53,002 nt of DNA from Candidatus Bipolaricaulota bacterium (GCA_030550495.1 JAUQPG010000005.1:14520-67521), one strand, 5' to 3'; counted from the stretch's first letter, positions 1-10,963 are shown. Notes: generated by a model from the letters alone, not told the origin. Made by a program: numbers and translations.

Positions 1-475
1 CGTCCTTGGCCGTCAGTTCTAATTTATACGCAGTGCGATCTTGGACTCTCTCTGTGCCCACAAGCTTGGCGTTGTAGTCCTTGACCAAATCTACTCTTAA
101 GACATCAGCGACGGTGAAGCTCGTGCCAAGCACGTTCTGGCGCGCACTCACCGGAACGATTCGACAATTTTCTGGGAAGAGAATGACGACCTCATCGCCG
201 ACTCTTAAAATCTTCTGCTCTTTGGCCTCTTCAGGAGCGAGCACTTCCAAGAGTGCTTTATCGCTACCCTTCTTAAAGACCCGCAGCTCATAGGCACTCT
301 CTAACTTACCCTTCTCAAAGTTCTCCAATTTATTGACCGAGACAACCTGCTCTGGATAGCTCGACTCGACAGACTTCTTTAAAATCTCTTCGGCCGAAGG
401 CTGCTGGGCCAAACTTACACTGAGGGCTATAAGTCCCACTGCGAGAACGACCCCAACAACGCGCATTGCGTTCAT
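1..475 (-). CDS. LolA-like / outer-membrane lipoprotein-sorting family secreted protein (runs off the window start)
   Basis: Translated by hand from ATG 475 with SD AGAAGGAGG: MNAMRVVGVVLAVGLIALSVSLAQQPSAEEILKKS...DYNAKLVGTERVQDRTAYKLELTAKD. Has a signal peptide, is open to the window edge, and lies downstream of a LolE/FtsX-type permease. Confidence 0.7.
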   Translation of the reverse strand, partial: MNAMRVVGVVLAVGLIALSVSLAQQPSAEEILKKSVESSYPEQVVSVNKLENFEKGKLESAYELRVFKKGSDKALLEVLAPEEAKEQKILRVGDEVVILFPENCRIVPVSARQNVLGTSFTVADVLRVDLVKDYNAKLVGTERVQDRTAYKLELTAKD

Positions 476-506
476 AGTACGCCTCCTTCTCTCTTACTTA
501 CTCAAT

Positions 507-543
507 TTCCGTGCCTTCCGTGTCCATCTCTGTGCTTTCCGTG
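507..543. repeat. Short intergenic degenerate repeat (TTCCGTG x3 plus CTCTGTG, two pairs with 9-nt period)
   Basis: TTCCGTG at 507, 516 and 537; CTCTGTG at 528. Confidence 0.45.
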
Positions 544-546
544 AGT

Positions 547-1773
547 CTACACATGCCGGAGAGCCTGCACTGGCTCTTGCTTGGACGCGATATACGCCGG
601 ATAGAGCGCCGCGAGCACTGCGACAACTTGCGCCAGCGCAAAGAACACCCCCAACGTTCTCCACGAGAACTCCGCATAGAACGTCGTCTCTATAGGGACG
701 TTGACAAGCTGCGACGCTTGCGTGATCGTGATCCCTGCGACCGAGAAATATTTGAGCAGCGCGCCGCCGATCCCAACCCCCATCAGCCCGCCAGCTGCCC
801 CCAAGATCGCGCTCTCTAAGAGAAAGAGCAAGCGAACCTCCCCAGGCGTCATCCCCAGTGCCATCAATGTCCCGATCTCGCGCACTCGTTCAAAGACTGA
901 CATTAACATCGTGTTGACGATCCCCAGCGTCGCGATCAGTATCACGACAAACGAAATGATCGCGATGAGTTGGCGCCGCGCTGCTAGAAGCTCAAAGATC
1001 GCTGCGCCCAGCTCACGCCACGTCTGCACCTCAAAGTCGTCGTCGCTCAATCTCGCCCGAATAATCTGGGCGACTGAATCAGCTTGGTCCGCGTCGTCGA
1101 GCATCAGCGTGATCTCTGTGACTTGCCCAGACATGCGCAAAAGCCTCTGCGCATCGGGTAGCGCCAACGCTAAGACAGAGTTATCTATCTGGCTGTAGCC
1201 CGTGGCGAAGATCCCCTTGATCTCGACGTCAATGGAGTTGAGCGCCCCCTTAGGGGTCGTAGCGACCAATGTCAAGAGATCGCCGACACCAATGTGCAAA
1301 TCCTTGGCGAGTTGTGTCCCGATCAGCGCATAGCCGGGCTTGTCTGACAGATACTCCCCTTGGACGATCTTCGTGGCAATGATGCCATCGCGTTCTGCTT
1401 GGGGATCGAAGCCCAATCCCAATACCCCTAAGCTCTCGCTGCCAGTACTGATAATCACAGGGAAGCGCAGCCTGGGGAAGACGCCTTTTACTCTGGGAAG
1501 CTCAGCGAGCTTCTGGATGACGCTCTGATAGTCTTTGATAGCGATATCCACGGGCATGAGCCGTGATTTCTCTTGGTAGCCGCGCGCGTGAATTTGAATG
1601 TGTCCAGTCTGTGCTTTGATAAAATTATCTGTGAACTGCTTATCTACCCCTTGGATGAAGCCGTAGAAGAAGAGCACCAATACCAATCCCAGCCCGATAG
1701 CGACGAACGTAATCGTACTGCGGCGCTTGTTGCGCAGGAGATTGCGCGCAGCAAGCTTGAAGAAAACCCACAT
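547..1773 (-). CDS. ABC transporter permease, LolC/E / FtsX / MacB family
   Basis: Motifs LAARNLLRNKRRS and NTMLMSVFERVREIGTLMALG; 4-TM layout with a large extracytoplasmic loop; ends PVQALRHV. Confidence 0.9.
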   Translation of the reverse strand: MWVFFKLAARNLLRNKRRSTITFVAIGLGLVLVLFFYGFIQGVDKQFTDNFIKAQTGHIQIHARGYQEKSRLMPVDIAIKDYQSVIQKLAELPRVKGVFPRLRFPVIISTGSESLGVLGLGFDPQAERDGIIATKIVQGEYLSDKPGYALIGTQLAKDLHIGVGDLLTLVATTPKGALNSIDVEIKGIFATGYSQIDNSVLALALPDAQRLLRMSGQVTEITLMLDDADQADSVAQIIRARLSDDDFEVQTWRELGAAIFELLAARRQLIAIISFVVILIATLGIVNTMLMSVFERVREIGTLMALGMTPGEVRLLFLLESAILGAAGGLMGVGIGGALLKYFSVAGITITQASQLVNVPIETTFYAEFSWRTLGVFFALAQVVAVLAALYPAYIASKQEPVQALRHV

Positions 1774-1797
1774 GACACATCGAGTGTACCAAATATC

Positions 1798-1826
1798 GAA
1801 GAAACCGGCGACTAAAGTCGCCGGCT
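1798..1826 (-). terminator. Intrinsic terminator after rplM
   Basis: Minus strand GCCGGCGAC-TTTA-GTCGCCGGT followed by TTCTT. Confidence 0.65.
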
Positions 1827-1872
1827 CATCAACAAGATGTGAACGTCCGGTACACCCTGGGTGAGTGGGCGT

Positions 1873-2316
1873 CTACACCTCTATGGGCTGAGGATTCTGG
1901 GCTTGATGAGGATGCTCCGGCCCGGGATAGACCTTGAGCTTCTTCAGCATCCGCCGACCAAGCACCGACTTGGGGAGCATGTTCTTGACAGCTTCTTCGA
2001 TGGGCTTGGTCGGATGTTTTTCTATAAGCTGCTCAAAGGTCCACTCCCGAATGCCCCCAGGATAGCCCGAATAGTGAAAGTATTGTTTCTGCTCACGCTT
2101 CTTCCCCGTCACCTTGATCTCTTTGGCGTTAACGACAACGACATAGTCCCCGGTATCGACGTGCGGGGTGTATTCGGGTTTATGCTTGCCCATTAAGATC
2201 TTAGCGATCTGCGACGCTAGGCGTCCTAGGGTCTTCCCCTTGGCGTCGATGAGCACCCAGCGGCGCTGAAATCTCTTGCCTAAGTCTTCTCGTTTCATCA
2301 GAGTCGAATGTTGCAT
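1873..2316 (-). CDS. rplM: 50S ribosomal protein L13
   Basis: [16 protein letters not shown]...[17 protein letters not shown]...YSGYPGG. ATG 2316 has SD GAAGGAGG. Confidence 0.97.
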   Translation of the reverse strand: MQHSTLMKREDLGKRFQRRWVLIDAKGKTLGRLASQIAKILMGKHKPEYTPHVDTGDYVVVVNAKEIKVTGKKREQKQYFHYSGYPGGIREWTFEQLIEKHPTKPIEEAVKNMLPKSVLGRRMLKKLKVYPGPEHPHQAQNPQPIEV

Positions 2317-2389
2317 ACGCTCCTCCTTCAAGAGCATTGTTGCTTGCTGGGGCTGCCCTGCCCACTTGCAGGGAGCTGTCGAATGTGCT

Positions 2390-2418
2390 ATCATAACGCA
2401 CTACAGGGCAAATTGCAA
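2390..2418 (-). promoter_or_regulatory. Sigma70-type promoter for rplM
   Basis: Minus strand TTGCAA-17 nt-TATGAT. Confidence 0.65.
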
Positions 2419-2434
2419 AGAGCGTTACTATCCC

Positions 2435-2463
2435 TTGACAGGAAAGGGCCTATATTTTATAAT
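2435..2463 (+). promoter_or_regulatory. Consensus sigma70 promoter of the ribosomal superoperon
   Basis: TTGACA (2435-2440)-17 nt-TATAAT (2458-2463). Confidence 0.85.
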
Positions 2464-2550
2464 AGCCCACACTAGGGATTAGGTTTGCCCTAGAGGTTCA
2501 TTGCCTTTTCCCAGCGTTGCCAAGCAACCTAGTTAGGTAAGGAGTTTACT

Positions 2551-2949
2551 ATGCCGACACTCAATCAGCTGGTGCGCTATGGGCGCACACGGATCAAGAA
2601 GATCAACCGGCGCTCGCTGGCGCTGGAGCACTGCCCGCAGAAGCGCGGGGTCTGCGTGCGCGTCTTCACTAAGACGCCCAAAAAGCCCAACTCGGCGCTA
2701 CGTAAGGTCGCCCGCGTGCGCTTGAGCAATAAGCAGATGGTCACCGCCTATATCGGCGGCGAGGGCCATAACTTACAAGAGCACTCGATGGTGCTCGTGC
2801 GCGGGGGCCGCGTGAAAGACTTGCCCGGCGTCAACTACCATATCATCCGCGGGGCCCTCGATGCCGCGGGCGTCGAAGGCCGCAAGCAAGGGCGCTCCAA
2901 GTACGGCGTCAAGCGGAGCGCAGCCAGCGCCAGAGCTGCCGCCAGCTAA
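2551..2949 (+). CDS. rpsL: 30S ribosomal protein S12
   Basis: MPTLNQL...[11 protein letters not shown]...GGRVKDLPG. Confidence 0.99.
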   Translation: MPTLNQLVRYGRTRIKKINRRSLALEHCPQKRGVCVRVFTKTPKKPNSALRKVARVRLSNKQMVTAYIGGEGHNLQEHSMVLVRGGRVKDLPGVNYHIIRGALDAAGVEGRKQGRSKYGVKRSAASARAAAS

Positions 2950-2964
2950 CGGAGCGGATCCTTT

Positions 2965-3444
2965 ATGACTCAACACGTGCTAGATCGCGTGATCCCAGGG
3001 CGGCCCGTCCCCCCAGATATACGCTACGGGAGCCCTATCGTCGAAAAGCTCATCAATTACGTGATGCGCGAGGGCAAGAAGTCGCTCGCGCGCCGCATCG
3101 TCTATAGAGCGTTCGATATTATTCAAGAGAAGACGGGTGAGAACCCTCTAGAAGTCTTCTTCAAGGCGATGGCCAACTGTATGCCCAAATTGGAGACACG
3201 CTCGCGCCGCGTCGGCGGGGCGGCCTATCAGGTCCCCTACGAGGTCGAAGAAGACCGCCAAAGGACATTAGCGCTGCGCTGGATCGTCAATGCGGCCCGC
3301 GAGCGCGGCGAGCACAGCATGGCGGAGCGGCTCGCCGCTGAGATCTTAGATGCCTCCAAAGGCCAAGGTCAGGCTGTAGAGAAGAAGAATGAGACCCATC
3401 GCATGGCCGAGGCCAACCGCGCCTTCGCCCACTATCGCTGGTAA
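2965..3444 (+). CDS. rpsG: 30S ribosomal protein S7
   Basis: [12 protein letters not shown] and [15 protein letters not shown]; N-terminus is atypical. Confidence 0.98.
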   Translation: MTQHVLDRVIPGRPVPPDIRYGSPIVEKLINYVMREGKKSLARRIVYRAFDIIQEKTGENPLEVFFKAMANCMPKLETRSRRVGGAAYQVPYEVEEDRQRTLALRWIVNAARERGEHSMAERLAAEILDASKGQGQAVEKKNETHRMAEANRAFAHYRW

Positions 3445-3473
3445 ATAGTCATGAGAGATCTGCGTGATCCCCT

Positions 3474-5567
3474 ATGAAATCGCTCGGATACGATATTCAA
3501 AAGATCAGAAACATCGGGATCATTGCCCACATCGATGCGGGCAAGACGACCACTACCGAGCGATTGCTCTTCTACACCGGGCGCATTCACGATATCGGTG
3601 ACGTCGATGAGGGCGATACCGAGATGGACTGGATGCCCCAGGAGCGCGAACGGGGTATCACTATTACCGCTGCCGCGACGACCTGCTTCTGGAGAGATCA
3701 TCAGATCAATATTATTGATACCCCAGGGCACGTGGACTTCACGGCAGAAGTCGAGCGCTCCTTGAGAGTCCTCGATGGCGCAATCACGATCTTCTCTGCT
3801 GTCGACGGTGTCGAACCCCAGTCGGAACAGGTCTGGCGCCAAGCCGATAAGTATCGCACACCACGCATCGCCTATATAAATAAGATGGACCGGATCGGGG
3901 CGGACTTCTACGCCGCGGTCGAGTCCATGGTCCAGAAGCTCGCGATCACTCCCATACCCCTGCAGATCCCCTACGGCCAAGGGGATCAGTTCGCTGGGGT
4001 CATCGATCTGATTAAACAGAAATTAATCGTGTGGGATCCGGAGTCCAAAGGAGCCCGCTACGAATATAGAGATATCCCTGAAGAGTATCGCGAGCAAGCC
4101 GCGCACTATCGGGAGAAGCTCGTGGAGACCCTCGCGGAAGTCGATGACGCCATGCTGACCAAATTCTTAGAAGGCCAGCCTATCGGCGAGGATGAGATCA
4201 AGAGCGTCATACGCAAGGTGTGTATCTCTTCTGACGATTTCATCCCCGTCCTGCTTGGGTCTTCGCTGAACAATATTGGGATTCAACCCCTCCTCGATGC
4301 CATCGTAGACTATCTGCCCAGCCCGCTCGATCGTGGGGTTATAGAGGGCATGAGCGTCAACGGTGCGAGCGCCGACGGCGCAAAGATCCAACGACGTCCT
4401 ACCCCTGATGATCCCTTGGCTGCCTTGGCCTTCAAAGTCCAAACTGATGAGTACACAGGGCGGCTCGTCTACGTGCGCGTCTACTCCGGCAAGCTCGTCA
4501 AGGGCTCCTATGTGCTCAACAGCACCACGGGCAAGACCGAGAGAATATCCCGAATCTTTCATATGCACGCGAACAAGCGCACTGAGGTCGACGAGGTCCT
4601 CGCCGGCAATATCGCCGCGGTCGTCGGCCCCAAAGAGCTCATCACAGGCGACACGATCTGCGATCCCAATGCCCCGATCGTCCTGGAGAAGATAGAGTTC
4701 CCCGAACCCGTCGTCACTGCGGCAGTCGAGCCCAAGACCGACGCCGAAGAGGATAAACTCAGTGAGGCCCTCTATAAGCTCGCCCAAGAGGACCCGACCT
4801 TCCGCTATAGGGTTGACCCGGAGACCAATCAGATGATCATCGCGGGGATGGGTGAGCTCCATTTAGAGATTCTCTTTGATCGTTTGAAGCGCGAATTCAA
4901 GGTCGAAGCGAACATGGGACGGCCCCAGGTAGCCTACCGGGAGACGTTGGCCGAGCCCGTCGAGGTCGAGGAGAAATTCGTCAAGCAGACGGGTGGACGG
5001 GGCCAATACGCGCACGTCTGTATTCGGTTTGAGCCGCTGCTACGGGGGAAGGGCTTTGAGTTTGTCGACGAGACTAAAGGGGGAGTCATCCCCAAGGAGT
5101 TCATCCCTGCGGTGCAAAAGGGCCTCGAAGAAGCGTTAGCCAGTGGTCCATTGGGGGGCTTTCCCATCGTAGATATCCGTGCGGTGCTCTTCTATGGGTC
5201 GCATCACCCGGTAGATTCCAACGAGATCGCGTTCAAGACGGCTGCGGCTCGCGCCCTCACTCAAGCGTTTGAGAAGGCGAAAGCTCTCCTCCTTGAGCCC
5301 ATCATGGTCGGGGAGATCGTCACCCCCGAGGAGTACGTGGGGGAGATCATCACCGATCTGCAGGCGCGCCGCGCGCAGATCACTGCCATGGAGGTCCGGC
5401 ACAATGCCCAGATCATCCACGCCCTCATCCCCCTGGCAGAGACCTTCGGATATGCGACGCGGTTGCGCTCGATCTCCCAGGGCCGAGCAACGTATAACTT
5501 GCGCTTTTCGCACTACGACGTTGTACCCACTAGCTTAGCTGAAGAGATCTTGAAAGGGAGACGGTAA
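3474..5567 (+). CDS. fusA: Elongation factor G
   Basis: [35 protein letters not shown]. Confidence 0.99.
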   Translation: MKSLGYDIQKIRNIGIIAHIDAGKTTTTERLLFYTGRIHDIGDVDEGDTEMDWMPQERERGITITAAATTCFWRDHQINIIDTPGHVDFTAEVERSLRVLDGAITIFSAVDGVEPQSEQVWRQADKYRTPRIAYINKMDRIGADFYAAVESMVQKLAITPIPLQIPYGQGDQFAGVIDLIKQKLIVWDPESKGARYEYRDIPEEYREQAAHYREKLVETLAEVDDAMLTKFLEGQPIGEDEIKSVIRKVCISSDDFIPVLLGSSLNNIGIQPLLDAIVDYLPSPLDRGVIEGMSVNGASADGAKIQRRPTPDDPLAALAFKVQTDEYTGRLVYVRVYSGKLVKGSYVLNSTTGKTERISRIFHMHANKRTEVDEVLAGNIAAVVGPKELITGDTICDPNAPIVLEKIEFPEPVVTAAVEPKTDAEEDKLSEALYKLAQEDPTFRYRVDPETNQMIIAGMGELHLEILFDRLKREFKVEANMGRPQVAYRETLAEPVEVEEKFVKQTGGRGQYAHVCIRFEPLLRGKGFEFVDETKGGVIPKEFIPAVQKGLEEALASGPLGGFPIVDIRAVLFYGSHHPVDSNEIAFKTAAARALTQAFEKAKALLLEPIMVGEIVTPEEYVGEIITDLQARRAQITAMEVRHNAQIIHALIPLAETFGYATRLRSISQGRATYNLRFSHYDVVPTSLAEEILKGRR

Positions 5568-5875
5568 TGGCTCGCGAAAAGATTCGCATTCGCTTAAAGG
5601 GATACGATCACGAATTGGTCGACGATGCCACCCGGCGGATCGTCAAGACCGCCTTGGAGACGCGGGCAAAGATCATCGGTCCGGTGCCGTTGCCCACGGA
5701 GGTCCATCGCTATACGGTGCTGCGCTCGCCTCATGTGAACAAGAACTCGCGGGAGCACTTCGAGCGCCGTGTCCATAAGAGATTAATAGACATTAAAGAG
5801 CCGACCTCCGAGACGATCAACGCGCTGATGGATATCGAGTTGCCCGCGGGGATCGACATCGAGGTGAAGCTGTGA
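5567..5875 (+). CDS. rpsJ: 30S ribosomal protein S10
   Basis: [11 protein letters not shown]...GPVPLPT...[11 protein letters not shown]; start overlaps the fusA stop (TAATG). Confidence 0.99.
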   Translation: MAREKIRIRLKGYDHELVDDATRRIVKTALETRAKIIGPVPLPTEVHRYTVLRSPHVNKNSREHFERRVHKRLIDIKEPTSETINALMDIELPAGIDIEVKL

Positions 5876-5876
5876 T

Positions 5877-6506
5877 ATGGCTGTGGGGATTTTGGGTGAG
5901 AAGCTCGGCATGATCACGTGGTTCGACGCTGAGGGCAAGGCCCTCGCAGCGACTGTGCTCTATGCCGAGCCGTCGGTCGTCACTCAGATTAAATCGATAG
6001 AGACCGACGGCTATAATGCGATTCAGCTTGGGTATGGCAAGGTCAAGGAGAAGAACGTCACCAAGCCGTTAAAAGGGCACTTTAATAAAGCCGGTGTCGC
6101 TCCCAAGCGCGTCCTGCGCGAGTTTCGTGTGGAGAGCCCTCACGAGTTTAAAGTTGGCCAAGAGCTAGGCGTGACGCTCTTCCACGAAGGGGAGCTTGTT
6201 CATATCAGCGGGATCTCCAAGGGCAAGGGCTTTGCCGGGGTGATGAAGCGCCATGATTTCCTTGGGGGCCCAGACTCCCATGGTATGAGCAAATGGCATC
6301 GCCGCCCAGGATCGATCGGGTCAATCCGTGCGACAGGGCGGACGTTCAAGGGCTGGCGCATGCCAGGGCATATGGGCCATGAGCGCGTGACCGTGAGAAA
6401 TCTAAAGGTCTTGAAGGTCTATCCGGAGAAGAACGTCCTCGTCGTGCAGGGGGCTGTCCCTGGCCCGCGCCACGGGATCGTAGAGATCCGCAAAGCCACA
6501 GAGTAG
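5877..6506 (+). CDS. rplC: 50S ribosomal protein L3
   Basis: DGYNAIQLG, SKGKGFAGVMKRH, MPGHMG. Confidence 0.98.
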   Translation: MAVGILGEKLGMITWFDAEGKALAATVLYAEPSVVTQIKSIETDGYNAIQLGYGKVKEKNVTKPLKGHFNKAGVAPKRVLREFRVESPHEFKVGQELGVTLFHEGELVHISGISKGKGFAGVMKRHDFLGGPDSHGMSKWHRRPGSIGSIRATGRTFKGWRMPGHMGHERVTVRNLKVLKVYPEKNVLVVQGAVPGPRHGIVEIRKATE

Positions 6507-6515
6507 GTGAAGACC

Positions 6516-7217
6516 ATGACCGAAGCGACAGCTATTCCAGGCGAGCTTGTAGCCCCATTGTACAAGTTTGACGGCGGGCCTGTGGGGCAGATCAAGCTGA
6601 GCGAGAAGCTCTTTGGGTATAAAGTCAATCGCGATCTGCTCTACCGGGCTGTGCGTATATATCTGTTGAACTTGCGTCAGGGGACGCACTCGACCAAGAC
6701 GCGCGGCGAAGTAGTGGGGTCAGGGAGGAAGCCCTGGCCGCAGAAGCACACGGGCCGTGCGCGGCACGGCATGCGCCGCTCGCCCCTGTGGCGAGGCGGT
6801 GGTGTCGTCTTTGGGCCAAAGCCCAAAGAGTACGACTACGAGCTTCCCAAGAAGATGCGGCGCCGTGCCCTGCAGTCGGCGTTGATCGCTAAACTGCAAG
6901 AGGCGCAGTTAGGGGTCTTAGACCGAGTAGCGTTTGAGAGGCCCAAGACCAAAGAGGGCGTTCAGATGTTTACGCGCCTTGGGTTGGTAAAGGACCCTCG
7001 AGAGATCCAGAGGGCTCAGAATCAATTCTTGCTCGTCGTCTCTCAGCAAGAATGGGGCCTTCCTGTAAAGAAGACGTTTTCGAATCTGCCGTGGGCGACC
7101 TGTGTGGAATCGAATAGACTCACAGTGTATGATGTTTTAAAGCACGGATATCTGCTCATCACGCAGCAGGCCCTCAAGGAGCTGGAAGCACGCTGTGCCC
7201 TGGAGGCGGTGAACTGA
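6516..7217 (+). CDS. rplD: 50S ribosomal protein L4
   Basis: RQGTHSTKTRGEV, KPWPQKHTGRARHG, GGGVVFGPKP. ATG 6516 follows AGGTGA; GTG 6507 is an alternative start. Confidence 0.97.
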   Translation: MTEATAIPGELVAPLYKFDGGPVGQIKLSEKLFGYKVNRDLLYRAVRIYLLNLRQGTHSTKTRGEVVGSGRKPWPQKHTGRARHGMRRSPLWRGGGVVFGPKPKEYDYELPKKMRRRALQSALIAKLQEAQLGVLDRVAFERPKTKEGVQMFTRLGLVKDPREIQRAQNQFLLVVSQQEWGLPVKKTFSNLPWATCVESNRLTVYDVLKHGYLLITQQALKELEARCALEAVN

Positions 7218-7218
7218 T

Positions 7219-7509
7219 ATGGAATTTCTCGAAGATATTATACGCGAGCCCGTGATCAGCGAGAAGGGCTGGCGCCTGCAGGAAGAGAACAAGTACGTCT
7301 TTGAGGTCCATCCCAAGGCCAATAAGAATCAGATCAAGCGAGCTGTCGAGAGCATCTTCAAAGTGAAGGTGCTCAACGTGTGGACATTGAATATGCCGAG
7401 CAAGCCGCGCACCAAGAAGTTCTATCAGCAGGGGGAAGTCCCTGGCTGGAAGAAGGCTATCGTTCAAGTTGCTCCAGGGCAGCGGATCGAAGTCTACGGC
7501 AAAGGGTGA
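7219..7509 (+). CDS. rplW: 50S ribosomal protein L23
   Basis: PVISEK, ANKNQIKRAVE, WKKAIV; position in the operon. Confidence 0.97.
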   Translation: MEFLEDIIREPVISEKGWRLQEENKYVFEVHPKANKNQIKRAVESIFKVKVLNVWTLNMPSKPRTKKFYQQGEVPGWKKAIVQVAPGQRIEVYGKG

Positions 7510-7517
7510 TCTGAGAG

Positions 7518-8354
7518 ATGCCAACACGAAAGTTTAAGCCGATCACGCCCGGCCGCAGGCACATGGAGCTCCCAGACTTCAGTGAGCTTACAAAGAAAGA
7601 GCCGGAGAAGAGTCTGGTAGAACCGCTCCATAAGACGGGCGGGCGGAACAACCAAGGGCGCATTACTGTCCGGCATCGTGGGGGCGGGCATAAGCGCCTC
7701 TATCGAATCATCGATTTTTATCGAGATAAATGGGGCGTGCCGGCGAAGGTCGTCTCCAAAGAGTACGATCCGAATCGTTCGGCGTGGATCACTCTGTTAC
7801 AGTATGCCGATGGCGAAAAGCGCTATATTCTCTCCCCATTGGATCTGGAGATCGGCTCGATAGTCGAGGCTGGGGAGAATGTCGAGGCGCGTGTGGGCAA
7901 TGCGCTCCCATTGAAGAGAATTCCCGTGGGAGCGATGGTACACTGTGTTGAGTTCTATCCTGGGGGCGGGGGCAAGGTAGCACGGGCTGCGGGGACGGCT
8001 TGTCAAGTGCTGGCTCTAGAAGGGGGATATGCCCGGCTGCGCCTGCCCTCCGGAGAGATCCGACTCTTCCCCGAAGACTGCATGGCCACGATAGGCCAAG
8101 TAGGGAATATCGATCATAAGAATGTCGTCCATGGGAAGGCAGGGCGGGTGCGCCATCTGGGGATCCGCCCGACTGTGCGCGGAACAGCCATGAACCCCGT
8201 CGATCACCCGCATGGGGGCGGTGAGGGGCGTCACTATGTCGGCGGGCCACCGCGCACCTTCTCCGGGAAGCCTGCGAAGGGTGTGCGCACGCGCAAGCCC
8301 AATAAGCCCAGCGATCGACTTATCGTCTCGCGGCGCAAAGGGGGGACGGTCTGA
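7518..8354 (+). CDS. rplB: 50S ribosomal protein L2
   Basis: [40 protein letters not shown]. Confidence 0.99.
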   Translation: MPTRKFKPITPGRRHMELPDFSELTKKEPEKSLVEPLHKTGGRNNQGRITVRHRGGGHKRLYRIIDFYRDKWGVPAKVVSKEYDPNRSAWITLLQYADGEKRYILSPLDLEIGSIVEAGENVEARVGNALPLKRIPVGAMVHCVEFYPGGGGKVARAAGTACQVLALEGGYARLRLPSGEIRLFPEDCMATIGQVGNIDHKNVVHGKAGRVRHLGIRPTVRGTAMNPVDHPHGGGEGRHYVGGPPRTFSGKPAKGVRTRKPNKPSDRLIVSRRKGGTV

Positions 8355-8355
8355 T

Positions 8356-8640
8356 ATGGCGCGCTCGCTGAAGAAGGGGCCCTATGTCCATCCCAAATTG
8401 CTGAAAAAGATCGAGAAGCTGAAGCGCGGGGAGATCTCAGAGATCAAGACGTGGTCTCGCGCAAGCATGATCACCCCGCAGATGGTCGGGCTAACTATTA
8501 AGGTTCATAATGGGCGGATGCATGTGCCGGTCTTCATCACCGAGACGATGGTCGGTCATCGTCTTGGGGAGTTTGCTCTGACGCGCACGTTTAAGGCGCA
8601 TGGGGGCATCAAGAAGAAGAAGGTCCCCACGCCCAAGTAG
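8356..8640 (+). CDS. rpsS: 30S ribosomal protein S19
   Basis: [11 protein letters not shown]...KTWSRAS...[13 protein letters not shown]. Confidence 0.98.
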   Translation: MARSLKKGPYVHPKLLKKIEKLKRGEISEIKTWSRASMITPQMVGLTIKVHNGRMHVPVFITETMVGHRLGEFALTRTFKAHGGIKKKKVPTPK

Positions 8641-8650
8641 GGGAGGCTCT

Positions 8651-9016
8651 ATGGAAGCGAAGGCTATTGCCAGATGGATTCGCATATCGCCGATAAAGGC
8701 CCGGCTGCTGACCTCACAGATTCAGGGCAAGCCGGTCGACGAGGCGTTGCGCCTGACGCGCTTTGCCCGCGTCAAGGCCGCCCCTATCGTGCGCAAGTGT
8801 TTGGAGTCGGCTATTGCCAACGCAGAGCATAATTACGATATGAACGTAGACGCTCTCTGGGTGAAGGAGGTTCGTGTGGACAAGGGGCCTTTCTGGAAGC
8901 GATTACGCCCTGGTTCTCGAGGTAAGGTCTCTATTCGGAAACGGCGGACGAGTCATATTACGATCGTGGTGAGCGATGAGCCGCGGCCGGGGGCCGTCAA
9001 GAGCCAGGAAGGATAG
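8651..9016 (+). CDS. rplV: 50S ribosomal protein L22
   Basis: MEAKAIAR...SAIANAEHN...KRRTSHITIVV; SD GGAGG. Confidence 0.98.
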   Translation: MEAKAIARWIRISPIKARLLTSQIQGKPVDEALRLTRFARVKAAPIVRKCLESAIANAEHNYDMNVDALWVKEVRVDKGPFWKRLRPGSRGKVSIRKRRTSHITIVVSDEPRPGAVKSQEG

Positions 9017-9018
9017 CT

Positions 9019-9699
9019 ATGGGACACAAAACGCACCCGTACGGATTGCGCCTGGGCATCAACAAGAAATGGCTCTCCAATTGGTTCTTTGAAAAAGATG
9101 CCCCGCGCTACGTCAAAGAGGACCATACGATCCGAACGACGATTAAACGGCGTTATTACGGGGCGGGGATCGCGCGCATTGCTATTGAGCGGCCCACGGA
9201 AGAGTGGGTCTCTATCGTGATTTACACGGCCCGGCCAGGGATCATCATCGGCAAAGGGGGTCAGGAGATCGATCAGTTCCAGAAAGAACTCGAAGAGCTC
9301 ATCAAGCGTAAAGTAAAGATCTATATTAAAGAAGTCGATCATCCCGATCTGGAAGCGACCCTGATTGCGGAGGATGTCGCGTCACGGATTCAGAATCGTA
9401 TTCCGGTGCCCCGCGCTATGAAAGAAGTCATTCAACGAGTGATGGACCATGGGGCTAAGGGGGTCAAGATCCGCTGTGGGGGCCGGTTAGGTGGGGCAGA
9501 GATTGCACGCTCTATCGAGAGCAAAGCGGGTCGAGTCCCGTTGCAGACGATCCGGGCGGATATCGATTATGGCTTTGCCGAAGCGCTCACGAAGTACGGG
9601 ATGATCGGGATTAAAGTCTGGCTCTATCGCGGGGATATCTATCCTGCGCGTGGAGGTGAGGTCCGTGGCGTTACTAGCGCCCAAGCAGCGCAAGTTTAG
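9019..9699 (+). CDS. rpsC: 30S ribosomal protein S3
   Basis: [45 protein letters not shown]. Confidence 0.99.
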   Translation: MGHKTHPYGLRLGINKKWLSNWFFEKDAPRYVKEDHTIRTTIKRRYYGAGIARIAIERPTEEWVSIVIYTARPGIIIGKGGQEIDQFQKELEELIKRKVKIYIKEVDHPDLEATLIAEDVASRIQNRIPVPRAMKEVIQRVMDHGAKGVKIRCGGRLGGAEIARSIESKAGRVPLQTIRADIDYGFAEALTKYGMIGIKVWLYRGDIYPARGGEVRGVTSAQAAQV

Positions 9700-10096
9700 A
9701 AAAGACCATCGTGGCCGGATGACGGGCAAAGCTGTTGCCGGCTCAGAAGTCGCTTTTGGAGAGTACGGCATTCAAGCCCTAGAACCAGCGTGGATCACGG
9801 CGCAGCAGATCGAAGCGTGCCGCACGGTCATGGTGCGCGAGCTCGAGAAGAACTCGAAGATCTGGGTGCGGATCTTCCCCGATAAGCCTATCACCAAAAA
9901 GCCCGCGGAGACGCGCATGGGCAAGGGCAAGGGCGACCCGGTGGGCTGGTGCGCCGTTGTGCTTCCGGGAAGGATTCTCTTTGAGATGAGTGGTGTAGAC
10001 CGCACTAAAGCTGAAGAGATTTGGCGTTTAGTGGACCACAAGTTGCCCATCAAGACACGTCTGCGGGAGCGTTTCAAACTAGGTGGGGAGCGTTAG
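9665..10096 (+). CDS. rplP: 50S ribosomal protein L16
   Basis: [24 protein letters not shown]; GTG start after GGAGGTGA. Confidence 0.97.
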   Translation: MALLAPKQRKFRKDHRGRMTGKAVAGSEVAFGEYGIQALEPAWITAQQIEACRTVMVRELEKNSKIWVRIFPDKPITKKPAETRMGKGKGDPVGWCAVVLPGRILFEMSGVDRTKAEEIWRLVDHKLPIKTRLRERFKLGGER

Positions 10097-10099
10097 ACT

Positions 10100-10309
10100 A
10101 TGGAGAAGCCAGAGAAATTGCGAGAGCTGACTGATGAAGAGCTCAAGCAAAAAGAGCGGGAGCTCAAGCGTCAGCTCTTCAATGTACGCTTTGGTGTGGC
10201 CACAGGGCAGCAAGACAATACGGCATTAATCGGGCAGCTCAAGCGTCAGATTGCCCGAGTTAAGACGATATTACGGGAGCGTCAGCTCCAAAGAGGGCGA
10301 GCACAGTGA
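10100..10309 (+). CDS. rpmC: 50S ribosomal protein L29
   Basis: LRELTDEEL...LFNVRF...[11 protein letters not shown]. Confidence 0.96.
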   Translation: MEKPEKLRELTDEELKQKERELKRQLFNVRFGVATGQQDNTALIGQLKRQIARVKTILRERQLQRGRAQ

Positions 10310-10320
10310 GGGCAGAGACT

Positions 10321-10578
10321 ATGCCGAAGCGAGAGAAGATCGGACGGGTCGTGAGCGACAAGATGGCCAAGACTATTACCGTGCTGGTGGAGACGTTGGA
10401 ACAGCACCCGCTGTATAAGAAATATTATATAAAGCGCAAGAAGTTCTACGCGCACGATGAGCACGAAGAGGCTCATGAGGGCGATCTTGTGCGGATAGTG
10501 GAATCGCGGCCGCTATCGCGGCTGAAGCGGTGGCGCTTAGTCGAGGTGTTGGAGCGCGCCCGCCCCGGACAACGCTAA
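10321..10578 (+). CDS. rpsQ: 30S ribosomal protein S17
   Basis: [14 protein letters not shown]...HPLYKK...[11 protein letters not shown]. Confidence 0.97.
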   Translation: MPKREKIGRVVSDKMAKTITVLVETLEQHPLYKKYYIKRKKFYAHDEHEEAHEGDLVRIVESRPLSRLKRWRLVEVLERARPGQR

Positions 10579-10594
10579 ACAGGAGGCGATGGCG

Positions 10595-10963
10595 ATGATC
10601 CAAGTTCGGAGTATCTTGAAGGTTGCGGACAACTCAGGGGTCAAAGAGGTCCGAGTGATTAATGTATTAGGGCAGCCTAGTGGGGCCTGGGGCCAGATCG
10701 GGGATATCGTCGTGGCTTCGGTGCAGAAGCGCATCCCCACAAGTGAGATCGACAAGGGCGCTGTCGTCAAGGGCGTGATTGTGCGCACGCGCCAGCCCTA
10801 TCGGCGCAAGGACGGCAGCTATATTCGCTTTGATGATAACGCCGTCGTGCTGATCAATGCGTCGAAGGAGCCGTTGGGAACGCGCATCTTTGGCCCGGTG
10901 CCCCGTGAGCTGCGCGAGAAGGGCATGGTACGGATTCTCTCCTTGGCGCCGGAGGTGCTCTGA
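10595..10963 (+). CDS. rplN: 50S ribosomal protein L14
   Basis: MIQ...VADNSG...[13 protein letters not shown]...GTRIFGPV; SD AGGAGG lies 8 nt upstream. Confidence 0.98.
   Translation: MIQVRSILKVADNSGVKEVRVINVLGQPSGAWGQIGDIVVASVQKRIPTSEIDKGAVVKGVIVRTRQPYRRKDGSYIRFDDNAVVLINASKEPLGTRIFGPVPRELREKGMVRILSLAPEVL

Noticed and set aside
2317-2394. N-terminal extensions in the ORF track (rplM, rpsS, rplV, rpmJ, mazG, M16 peptidase, ZAS gene)
   Set aside because: Downstream starts fit SD placement, translational coupling or family length better; the extensions overlap promoters or upstream genes.
3432-5513. Several long minus-strand ORFs within fusA
   Set aside because: Antisense to a universally conserved gene, with no independent coding evidence.
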